DNA of 64,000 nt from a bacterium. GTDB taxonomy: Bacteria > Electryoneota > Electryoneia > Electryoneales > Electryoneaceae. Both the position numbers and the translations under genes were made by a program. Below are positions 20,159-29,100 of the stretch, piece by piece. The stretch covers positions 64,001-128,000 of the forward strand of contig CAXXKJ010000001.1 in the NCBI GenBank assembly GCA_963675295.2, given 5' to 3'. A model generated the notes under the pieces. The model did not search any database and had not been told where the DNA came from. It worked only from the letters and a program-made list of their open reading frames with translations. The stretch's first letter is position 1. Each line of letters begins with the position of its first letter.

Positions 20159-20206
20159 CTCCCGACGAACGCAGCGTCCGCAGATGCGAGACGGAACACC
20201 TGCGCG

Positions 20207-20758
20207 TCAAGCCAGTGACTGCAATGTATCCGGCCCGGTGTTGATGAGACGTAGTTCACGCATCGCGCCGGCGACGGTATGGAACGGAACCAGCACCATC
20301 TCAGAGTGATAGCTCGGACGTTTCCGTTTCCAGTCGGCCTGGGTGAACTGGCGGGAGACCGGGTGGTTGACGTACCAGTCCCGCCCGAACTCACGAAACA
20401 CCGTCCGCAACGGCCGGAATGGCACCAGCGCAAACCGCCGCTTATTCGGCCAGATCCAGAGCACGTACTCGGTCAGCACATCCTCGCGCAATGTCCAGCC
20501 GACCACCGATTTTTCCACTGATGACCACGTTTCCAACGCCAGCCAGCCGACATAATTCCGCTGCGCCTTCACGTCAATCCCGATACGGGTGCCATCCCGA
20601 AGTACCACCCAGAAATCCACCCCCTTGCGATCTTCGGCAGGCGTGGACGGTTCAATCCGCGACATGGTGAGGAACTTCTGCCGCAACGCAAACCGCACCA
20701 ACCGTGTCACCTGTTTGCTGCGGCTGTATGCAAGACACTTTCGGAACGAACTCATCAT
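20207..20758 (-). CDS. Hypothetical protein, PD-(D/E)xK nuclease-like
   Basis: Strong RBS AAGGAGG before ATG 20758; motif EDRKGVDFWV...IGIDVK...LALETWS...GWT. Confidence 0.6.
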   Translation of the reverse strand: MMSSFRKCLAYSRSKQVTRLVRFALRQKFLTMSRIEPSTPAEDRKGVDFWVVLRDGTRIGIDVKAQRNYVGWLALETWSSVEKSVVGWTLREDVLTEYVLWIWPNKRRFALVPFRPLRTVFREFGRDWYVNHPVSRQFTQADWKRKRPSYHSEMVLVPFHTVAGAMRELRLINTGPDTLQSLA

Positions 20759-21003
20759 CGGACCCTCCTTCGTTGCTGCACCGGAGTTGAGCAACTGCAG
20801 GGCCAATTCTCTTAGGGTTTTATTTATCAATAGGTTATGTAGAATCCGGGCCCGCTGGGCATGACCAACAAGATGTGCCCGCCGTGGCTCATCAACGACA
20901 CTTGTGGGAGAAGCAACACTCAAGCGGATCCCGCAAAGCTGACAGTTTGGCTCGCCATACTCGCTGCCGTACATTGCATTTTCCGTTCACACCGCGTGAG
21001 GTC

Positions 21004-21047
21004 TTGACAAACCGTCCGAGTCTGGTGTATTATGCAAACGTTTGCAT
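21004..21047 (+). promoter_or_regulatory. Sigma70 promoter with overlapping LacI-family operator
   Basis: TTGACA (21004-21009), 18-bp spacer, TATTAT (21028-21033); perfect 16-bp palindrome ATGCAAACGTTTGCAT (21032-21047). Confidence 0.8.
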
Positions 21048-21080
21048 GGCGAGGGTGATCGTTCTTTTCTGGAGAACATC

Positions 21081-22817
21081 ATGCCGATCTCGACGGTTCA
21101 ACACACGATGTCCAGCCGCAGAAGGCTTCCCCAAGCTTTGACACTTGCCCTCTGTCTGATCCCGCTGCTCGTCCTCTTCTCCTGCAATCGTGCCGACAAA
21201 AACGCAAACGAAATTGTCGCATTTGTCGGAAATTCTAAAATCACAAAAGCGCAGTATGAGCAGAGATATCTCGACCTGACACAACTTCAGGGATTGCCCG
21301 CGAACGCCGACCTGCGCCAGGACCTACTCGCCGAGATGATTGACGAAGAGGTGCTGCTCAACGCCGCCCGTCGGCAGCGGATGGACCATACCCCGGAAGC
21401 CGAACACCGCCGCAAGCTGATCGAACAGGCTCTGCTCCTCGACCGCTACACCGAGCAGTTCATCCTCCCGGACATCAGCATCACCCGCGACGAGCTGGAA
21501 ACGCTCTATATCCGTATGCAGACAACGGTTACGGCGCGCCATCTGTATGCGCAAACGTTTGCGGAAGCACAAACCCTCCGTTCGCGGCTGCAAAACGGCG
21601 AGTCGTGGACCGCTCTTGCGACTGAGGTCTTCACCGATCCGGCGCTGCGAAACAGCGGCGGAAAACTGGACCGGTTCACCGTGGACGAGATGGACCAGGC
21701 GTTCGAGGAAGCGGCGTACACGTTGCCGCTGAACACCGTGTCCGAGCCGGTCAGGCTGAAGCACGGCTACAGCATCCTCGAGGTGCTCGACCGCAGCCGT
21801 CCGCCGATGATCACCGAGCAGCAGTTCCTCGAGAAGGAGGCGAACCTCGAAACGTATCTGTGCAGCCGGAAACGCACTGAGGCGACACGGTCGCACGCGG
21901 AAGCCGTACGCGATGAGCTGCAACTGGCCTTCAACGATAACACGCTGGCCGCCGTCTACGACCGTTGGAATCTCGCGACAGACGGCGAAGGCCCGATCCT
22001 GCCGGCGTTGACCACCAATACGCCACCCAATCTGCTCAACCGCGAATTGCTGACCACCGCAAACGGCCCGATGACTGTCACGCAAGTGTTGACCACGTTG
22101 AGCAACGCCACAGCCACCGAACTCGGCTGGGTGGACACTCCTAACGCCCTCGCCGACCTGATCGCGGGGCTGCTGGCGCGTGACCGGATGCTTGCAACCG
22201 CCCGCGAACATCACCTCGACCAGGACGAAGCTTACACCCGTGCGGTCCGCTACGAGTTCGACACGTGGCTGTTGACCCAGGTCGAGGACGATATCCTCGC
22301 ATCCACCGAAATCCCGGACGACAGCCTGCGCGCGTTGCTGGCCCGTGAGCACGACAGCTTCGCTCAGCCGGAGCGGATTGCACTGAGCGGCATCATCGTC
22401 GACTCACGCGCTGACGCGGACGCGGTCGAACGCGGCCTGCGTGACGGCAAACCCTTCGCACGGCTGGCGCGGGAATATTCGAGCAATGCAGACAACGCAG
22501 CCCATGGTGGCACACTCGGCCATTTCACACGCAAGGAACTCGGCCCGGAAGTCAGTGTATTGTGGAAGCTGCAGCCCGGTCAGTGGATTGGCCCTGTTGA
22601 TCTGGATGCCACCCATTTCGGTTTCTTCCGCGTCGACAACCGGATTCCGGCCGAGCATCCAGCCTTTGACGACCTCCGCGACGAGCTGGTGACGGTTTAC
22701 AAACAGCGCAACCGGCGCGCGCTGCTGAAGGATTTCGTCGCACGCGAACGCGCGGATCTGGTGATCGAGGTACGCATGGAACGACTGGACGACATCCAAC
22801 TGGCGGGGGTGTACTGA
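21081..22817 (+). CDS. SurA/PrsA-like lipoprotein with two parvulin (PpiC) PPIase domains
   Basis: Lipobox LFSC; TARHL...SGGKL...AFEEAAY...VSEPV..HGY; second domain FARLAREYS...HGGTLG; start 21081 or 21108. Confidence 0.85.
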   Translation: MPISTVQHTMSSRRRLPQALTLALCLIPLLVLFSCNRADKNANEIVAFVGNSKITKAQYEQRYLDLTQLQGLPANADLRQDLLAEMIDEEVLLNAARRQRMDHTPEAEHRRKLIEQALLLDRYTEQFILPDISITRDELETLYIRMQTTVTARHLYAQTFAEAQTLRSRLQNGESWTALATEVFTDPALRNSGGKLDRFTVDEMDQAFEEAAYTLPLNTVSEPVRLKHGYSILEVLDRSRPPMITEQQFLEKEANLETYLCSRKRTEATRSHAEAVRDELQLAFNDNTLAAVYDRWNLATDGEGPILPALTTNTPPNLLNRELLTTANGPMTVTQVLTTLSNATATELGWVDTPNALADLIAGLLARDRMLATAREHHLDQDEAYTRAVRYEFDTWLLTQVEDDILASTEIPDDSLRALLAREHDSFAQPERIALSGIIVDSRADADAVERGLRDGKPFARLAREYSSNADNAAHGGTLGHFTRKELGPEVSVLWKLQPGQWIGPVDLDATHFGFFRVDNRIPAEHPAFDDLRDELVTVYKQRNRRALLKDFVARERADLVIEVRMERLDDIQLAGVY

Positions 22818-22820
22818 CGC

Positions 22821-25595
22821 ATGAAATTGTTGCGATTCGTTGTGTTGCCCTGCCTGATCCTGCTGCTGGCGATCCTGATCGCAGGGCCGGTCCATGCTCA
22901 GACCAGCGGAAAGATCATCGGCACCGTCACCGACGACGAAACTGGCGAACCGTTGCCAGGCGCGGCGGTGGTCGTTGAGGGGATGACCCTCGGCGCGTCC
23001 AGCGACATCGACGGCAGGTTCGTCATCCTCCGCATCCCGCCCGGCAACGTCACCCTGAAGGCGAGTTTCATCGGTTACAGCACGGTTGTCGTCGAGGATG
23101 TGCAGGTCCTCACGGATGTGACGTCGCATATCGAAATCGAGATGACGCCGTCCGCGATCTCCGGCGAGGAAGTGGTGATCACCGCCGAGCGCCCGCTCGT
23201 GCGCCGCGACCAGACCTCGATGGAATCGCATGTCCGTGCCGAGGATCTCGACCGCATGCCGGTGGAAAATCTGGACGAAGTCATCGACCGCCAGGCCGGG
23301 GTTGTGCGCGGCCGGGACGGCGGCCTGCACATCCGTGGCGGGCGGGCTTCCGAGGTCAACTATCTGATCAACGGCATCAGCATCACCGACGATTACGACA
23401 AATCGCAGGCGTTCGACATTCACAATGAGGCCGTCGCCGAACTGCAGGTGGTAAGCGGGGCGTTCAACGCTGAATACGGCAACGCAATGAGCGGTATCGT
23501 CAACATCACCACCAAGGGCGGCAGCAACGAGTGGCACGGGTCCGCCGAAATGCAGGCGGGCGATTATCTCAGCAGCCGCACCGACGTCTTCCCGAACATT
23601 GACGACCTCAGCGTCGCCTCCACCGGCACCCAAAGCGTCAGCCTCAGCGGACCGATCATTCGCGACAAGCTGACGTTCTTCATCTCCGGCAAGCAGCTTT
23701 ACAACGAGGGCTACATCTACGGCTCCCGCTGGTACCTGCCGCAAGGCCGGGGGTACATGACCGAAGACAGCACAACCGTACTCACTCCCGGCGACAGCTC
23801 GTATGTCCCGATGCAACAGAGCCGTAACCAAAGCGGGCAAGCAACCTTGCACTGGTCGGTGACCCCGAAGCTGCAACTGAAAGCCGACCTGCTCGGCAGC
23901 CACTACCGGGGACGGTCGTACAACCACACCTACCGCTACAACCCGGACGGGTATGGCTACAGCGAAAGCAACGGTTTCGCGGGCATTCTGAAGGGTACGT
24001 GGCTGTTCAACAAAAACACGTTCGCCGAATTGTCGTACGCCAATCGATACAACGAATCCACGTACCAGCTCTACGACGATTCGCGCGACAGCCGTTATGT
24101 TCACCCTGATTCGGCGTTGACCGCCGGCTACACCTTCGCCACCGCCGGAACCGACCTCTCGATCTTCAAGCGCAGCACGACCAGCAACCTCGCGAAGCTG
24201 GACGTGACCAGCCAGGTGACGTATTCGCATCAGCTCAAGGGTGGCCTGCAACTGCAGCTGGACGAGATCTACTACAACGACTACACGCTCGTGCCGAAGA
24301 CGAAACCGTCCGGCGGGGAGATTGTCCCGTTTGTGCCGTCCATCGAGGCCGCGACAACCACCAACCACGACCGGTACACCCGTGAGCCGGTCACCTTTGC
24401 CGCGTACCTGCAGGACAAGATTGAATACGAAAGCGTGGTGATCAATGTCGGCCTGCGTTTCGACTGGTTTGACCCGCAGGGGCAGATTCCGGTAGATGAG
24501 CAGGACCCGAATGTCTACAACCCGTTGAAGCTGATCCACAAGTACCACGACCTCAACGGGGACGGTGTCATTGACCTCTCCGAACAGACCGGCGACAACC
24601 AGTACACGCTCGCCGAACGCCGGGCATTCTGGTATCGCGACACGACACCGAAGTACCAGCTCAGTCCGCGTCTCGGTGTCGCCTACCCGATCACCGACCG
24701 GGGCATCATTCACTTCTCGTACGGCATCTTCCAGCAGATTCCGGAATACAGCCTGCTCTACAACGACGACGAACGCAAGCTGAGCGAAGCGGCGGACATT
24801 TACGGCCCGTTCGGCAATCCCGACCTCGAGCCGCAACGCACCACGATGTACGAGCTCGGTCTGGCGCAGGAGTTGACCGACCAGCTCGCGATCAACATCA
24901 CCGGTTTCCAGCGCGACATCCGCAACTGGATCAGTGCCAGCGCGCCGATCCCGACCAGCGTGGCGACGGTTTCTTACGTCACCTATGTCAACCGCGACCT
25001 CGCCACCGTGCGCGGCGTGACACTGGGCATGGAAGGCCGTGTCAGCGACCGGTTCTCCCTGACCGGTGACTACACCTTCCAGATCGCCCAAGGCACCAAT
25101 TCCGCACCGGAAGACGAATACTGGGCGCAACTGGACGGTGCCGAACCGACCAAGGAGCTGACCCCGCTGAACTGGGATCAGCGCCACACGTTGAACGTCA
25201 ACGCCTACTACGGCAGCGAATACTACGGAATTACCCTGCTCGGCCGATTCTCGTCCGGCCATCCTTACACCCCCGAGATCTTGACCGGGGAACGGTCGGG
25301 CAGGAGTATTATCGCCGGCCTCGCGGAAAACAGCCGCCGCATGCCAAACCGCTTTACGATGGATCTGTACGCGTTCCGCAAGTTCGACGCCGGCATCGGC
25401 CAGGTCCGCCTGTCGCTGCAGGTAAAGAATCTGTTCGATTCCGCCAACCCGATAGACGTCTTCTACGACACCGGCCTCGCCGACTACACCATCAACCAGG
25501 ATCTCGTGCTCACGGCGGACGATGGCTACTTCATCCAACCCGATTACTACTCCGAACCGCGCTCGGTCTTGCTGGGGATCAGCTATGAATTCTAA
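22821..25595 (+). CDS. TonB-dependent receptor with N-terminal carboxypeptidase-regulatory-like domain
   Basis: Signal peptide; GKIIGTVTD.ETGEPLPGA; plug HIRGGRASEV...SGAFNAEYGNAMSGIVNITTK; SPRLGVAYP; C-terminal YEF. Confidence 0.93.
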   Translation: MKLLRFVVLPCLILLLAILIAGPVHAQTSGKIIGTVTDDETGEPLPGAAVVVEGMTLGASSDIDGRFVILRIPPGNVTLKASFIGYSTVVVEDVQVLTDVTSHIEIEMTPSAISGEEVVITAERPLVRRDQTSMESHVRAEDLDRMPVENLDEVIDRQAGVVRGRDGGLHIRGGRASEVNYLINGISITDDYDKSQAFDIHNEAVAELQVVSGAFNAEYGNAMSGIVNITTKGGSNEWHGSAEMQAGDYLSSRTDVFPNIDDLSVASTGTQSVSLSGPIIRDKLTFFISGKQLYNEGYIYGSRWYLPQGRGYMTEDSTTVLTPGDSSYVPMQQSRNQSGQATLHWSVTPKLQLKADLLGSHYRGRSYNHTYRYNPDGYGYSESNGFAGILKGTWLFNKNTFAELSYANRYNESTYQLYDDSRDSRYVHPDSALTAGYTFATAGTDLSIFKRSTTSNLAKLDVTSQVTYSHQLKGGLQLQLDEIYYNDYTLVPKTKPSGGEIVPFVPSIEAATTTNHDRYTREPVTFAAYLQDKIEYESVVINVGLRFDWFDPQGQIPVDEQDPNVYNPLKLIHKYHDLNGDGVIDLSEQTGDNQYTLAERRAFWYRDTTPKYQLSPRLGVAYPITDRGIIHFSYGIFQQIPEYSLLYNDDERKLSEAADIYGPFGNPDLEPQRTTMYELGLAQELTDQLAINITGFQRDIRNWISASAPIPTSVATVSYVTYVNRDLATVRGVTLGMEGRVSDRFSLTGDYTFQIAQGTNSAPEDEYWAQLDGAEPTKELTPLNWDQRHTLNVNAYYGSEYYGITLLGRFSSGHPYTPEILTGERSGRSIIAGLAENSRRMPNRFTMDLYAFRKFDAGIGQVRLSLQVKNLFDSANPIDVFYDTGLADYTINQDLVLTADDGYFIQPDYYSEPRSVLLGISYEF

Positions 25596-28500
25596 GCGAA
25601 CACATCGGCTGTGGATGATCGCCTGCGGACTGCTGCTGACCCTGACGGTGGCCACCTTCGCACAACCGGAGGACCACATTCCCTCCGATCAGCGGGGACG
25701 GTCGGACCTGCGCCGCTACAGCAACATGGCGGGGAATTCGCTGCGCGCATCGGTGTTCAACACCGGCCTTTCCGGCCATCCGAACGAATGGCCCGAGTCG
25801 ATCACCTACGAGTACCCGAAGAATACCGGCCGCGTCTACATCTCGATTGTCGGCATCTGGCTCGGCGGTGAAGTCACCGACGAGAACGGCGACCTGATCA
25901 AAATGATCGACATGCCGATGTGGCGTGAAAGCCCGAGCGGCGATTCGTGGACGATGGAACCGATCCAGGGCTTCCTCAACCCGTCCTCGACCGATATCGC
26001 CCGCAGTGACGATCCGGACAGCTGGCCCCCGTTTTCCGAAGGCGGCTGGCGCGACAAACGGGACGACCCCAACGATCCCGGCTGGGTCGGATCGTGGAAC
26101 GGTTTCTTCGGCAAGGACATTTTCAACGCGGACGTCGAGTTCTACTACCGCGCCGGGGATGATAGCTACGACCGGTACGAGTACATTCCGGACGAAACCG
26201 ATCCCAGCCGCGCCGGACTTGGCTACCTGATGGATGTGCGCACACTCGCCTGGACCCAGGTCCTCATCAGCGACGTCATTTTCTTCGTGCACGACATCAA
26301 GAATGACGGCACCAAGCGCATCCCGAAGGCGTCCTTCCTGATCTTCCTCGCGGATTATGTCGGCGGGGATGGCACCGACGACGAACCGTACGTCGACCTG
26401 CAAACCGACACGGCGTTCCTCACCGACCTCGACCGCATCGGCACCGAGGAGTTCGGCAGCGATCCGGTGGGCGTGGCGTCGATCCGTTACCTCGAAACAC
26501 CGGGCAACCAGGTGGACGGCATCGACAACGACGGCGACGCCGACTACCACAGCGAACTCATCTCGCAGATCGACGGCGACCCGGAGGTGCGTGTCCCGCT
26601 GTTCACAGACACCGATTTCACCTCGCGCCACATCAACGAAGGCCAGTCGATCGTCCTGATCGATGAGGATGACTACAGCCGGATCATTGTCGAGTATCCG
26701 GTCGGTGGTGGAACTGTCGTCAGCCAGGGCCGCGAAATCGCGCTGCCCGCGGGTGGGATCACGTTGACCGAAGCCGAGGAAGCGAACTCGTTCGACGACG
26801 ACCTCGACGGCCTGATCGACGAACGCGAATCGCTGCACCTTACCCGTTTTGATGAGATCAGCGGCACCGAGCGCCCGGTCCGCTACATCAACTACCTCTC
26901 GTTCGCGGTCGGGGACACGATCAAGCGCGGCTTTGTCGTCGCCGGAACCGATGCCGAGCTGGATTACGCCAACGTCGCGCCGATGATTGACGAATCCCGC
27001 GACGATGGCTTCGACAACGACGGCGACTGGGACCTGTTCACCAACGACACCGGCCTCGACGGCGTTCCCGACACCGGCGACGAAGGCGACGGGGACGGGC
27101 GCCCGACCTCCGGCGCCGGAACCGACTTCCCCGGCGAAGCGAACATCGACAAGACCGATGTCACTGAAACCGACCTGATCGGCCTCACCGCCGCCTCGCA
27201 GGTGCAGGTGGGGCAGGTTTCGTACGGCGGAGCGGACGACATCCTCTGGGACCGCTTCATGGTCCCCGGCCAGTTCGAGCTGCCACGTCCCACCGGCGAG
27301 TACGACACCTTCGTCTCCAGCGGCTACTTCCCGGTCGAACCCGGTGAACGGCAACGCATGGCGATCAGCGTCGCCATCGCCGCCGGTGGCATCAACAAGA
27401 ACGCCGACATTCAGAGCGTGATCGCGAAGCAGGAACGCGCGAAGGAAGCGTACGAGGTGGACTACCAGTTCGCCCAGGCGCCGATCCGGCCGACCGTGCG
27501 CGCCGTACCGGGCGATGGACGCGTCACCCTCTACTGGGACACCGACGCCGAGCAGTCGACCGACCGCTACATCGAGAGCATTGGCGGCACGCCGTACGAT
27601 TTCGAGGGCTATCGCGTCTACCGTTCGACCGATGCCGCGATGGAAGACGCACGCGTTGTCACCGACGCCGACGGCATCCCGATCCTGCTGCGGCCAATCG
27701 CGCAGTACGACCTCGCGGATGGTATCACCGGCCTGCACCCGACCGACATCAACGGTGCCATGTTCGATCTCGGCGACGATACCGGCCTGCAGTACAGCTT
27801 CACCGATTACGATGTCATCAACGGGCAGCGCTACTTCTACGCCGTCACCGCCTACGACTTCGGCTATGCCGCCGCGAACATCGCGCCGAGCGAAAGCTCG
27901 ATCCAGATCGACGTCGATCAGCAAGGCAATGTCGAACACAGCCGGAATGTCGCCGTCGTCCGGCCTGCCGCACCGGCAGCCGGGTATGTCGCGCCGAATG
28001 TCGAGTGGTTTACGCACACCTCCGGCGGCGCAACCGGACTGATCGAGGTTTCGGAGATCGTGGATCCGTCCGAGATTCTCGACGGTCACGTCTACGAAGT
28101 CACCTTCCGCGACACCGTCATCGCCGGTGACCCGAGCGACACACTGACCACGCGCGACTTCACGCTGCGTAATGTCACCGAGGATCGCGTTGTCCTCGAG
28201 AACAGCCCATACTTCAACGAAGGCGATCCGGTCCCGGTTACCGAAGGCTTCCAGCTCGCGCTGGCCAATGAGCGCCTCGTGCAGCTCGACGCCGAGCGCT
28301 CAGGCTGGACCGATGACGACGTTTTCCCGGCCTCGTTCGCGCCGGCGACGTTCATCGGCGTGCGTGGCGAACGACGGCCCAACGATTACCGCATTATCGT
28401 CGGCGAGGGCACGCAAACCGCGTCCTACGACACCTCGATAGGCATCGCGTCGCTGCCCTCCGTGGACGTCAACATCCACGTCGAAAACATCATCAGCGGC

Positions 28501-29100
28501 GATTCGGTCAAGTTCGCCTACGCCGATCTGTACGGCCAGGACGGCCTGTTCAACACCAATCCGGACAACAGCGACGAAACGGACATCCTGTTCCTGCTCG
28601 AACCGGACGGCGCGGGTGGGCTGACCTACACGTGGCAGATCAACCTGCTCGCCGCGGCGAACCATCGCAACCCGGAACCGGGCGACACGCTCGAATTCCG
28701 CCTGCGGAAGCCGTTCCTGTCGTCCGACACGTACCAGTTCGAGGTGAACGCGTCCACCATTTCACGCGCGGCGGCAAAGGAGGATCTCGCCGATATCCGG
28801 GTTGTGCCGAACCCGTACGTCGTCACCGAAGTCTGGGAGCCGAACAACCCGTACAGCAGCGGACGCGGCCCGCGTGAGATCCATTTCATCAACCTGCCGA
28901 AACGCTGCACCATCCGCATCTTCAACGTGGAAGGCGTGCTGATCGACACCATCGATCACGAAGCCGCCGCCGAAAACGGCACCGCGATCTGGGATGTGTT
29001 GAGCCGTGAGGGTCTGTCGATTTCGTACGGGATCTACATCTACCACGTCGACGCGCCCGGGGTTGGCGAAAAGACCGGAACCTTCGGAGTCATCAAATGA
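25585..29100 (+). CDS. Large acidic secreted protein: Ca-binding DxDxDG repeats, Fn3-like domain, variant T9SS-like CTD
   Basis: Signal peptide after ATG 25585; DGIDNDGD, DDDLDGLIDE, DGFDNDGDW; AVPGDGRVTLYWD...FEGYRVYRS...YAVTAYD; ends IRVVPNPY...GIYIYHV...FGVIK. Confidence 0.8.
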   Translation: MNSKRTHRLWMIACGLLLTLTVATFAQPEDHIPSDQRGRSDLRRYSNMAGNSLRASVFNTGLSGHPNEWPESITYEYPKNTGRVYISIVGIWLGGEVTDENGDLIKMIDMPMWRESPSGDSWTMEPIQGFLNPSSTDIARSDDPDSWPPFSEGGWRDKRDDPNDPGWVGSWNGFFGKDIFNADVEFYYRAGDDSYDRYEYIPDETDPSRAGLGYLMDVRTLAWTQVLISDVIFFVHDIKNDGTKRIPKASFLIFLADYVGGDGTDDEPYVDLQTDTAFLTDLDRIGTEEFGSDPVGVASIRYLETPGNQVDGIDNDGDADYHSELISQIDGDPEVRVPLFTDTDFTSRHINEGQSIVLIDEDDYSRIIVEYPVGGGTVVSQGREIALPAGGITLTEAEEANSFDDDLDGLIDERESLHLTRFDEISGTERPVRYINYLSFAVGDTIKRGFVVAGTDAELDYANVAPMIDESRDDGFDNDGDWDLFTNDTGLDGVPDTGDEGDGDGRPTSGAGTDFPGEANIDKTDVTETDLIGLTAASQVQVGQVSYGGADDILWDRFMVPGQFELPRPTGEYDTFVSSGYFPVEPGERQRMAISVAIAAGGINKNADIQSVIAKQERAKEAYEVDYQFAQAPIRPTVRAVPGDGRVTLYWDTDAEQSTDRYIESIGGTPYDFEGYRVYRSTDAAMEDARVVTDADGIPILLRPIAQYDLADGITGLHPTDINGAMFDLGDDTGLQYSFTDYDVINGQRYFYAVTAYDFGYAAANIAPSESSIQIDVDQQGNVEHSRNVAVVRPAAPAAGYVAPNVEWFTHTSGGATGLIEVSEIVDPSEILDGHVYEVTFRDTVIAGDPSDTLTTRDFTLRNVTEDRVVLENSPYFNEGDPVPVTEGFQLALANERLVQLDAERSGWTDDDVFPASFAPATFIGVRGERRPNDYRIIVGEGTQTASYDTSIGIASLPSVDVNIHVENIISGDSVKFAYADLYGQDGLFNTNPDNSDETDILFLLEPDGAGGLTYTWQINLLAAANHRNPEPGDTLEFRLRKPFLSSDTYQFEVNASTISRAAAKEDLADIRVVPNPYVVTEVWEPNNPYSSGRGPREIHFINLPKRCTIRIFNVEGVLIDTIDHEAAAENGTAIWDVLSREGLSISYGIYIYHVDAPGVGEKTGTFGVIK

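Noticed and set aside
22404-28089. Very long minus-strand ORFs (1091 aa, 836 aa)
   Set aside because: Antisense shadows of GC3-biased TBDR and secreted-protein genes; no recognisable motifs
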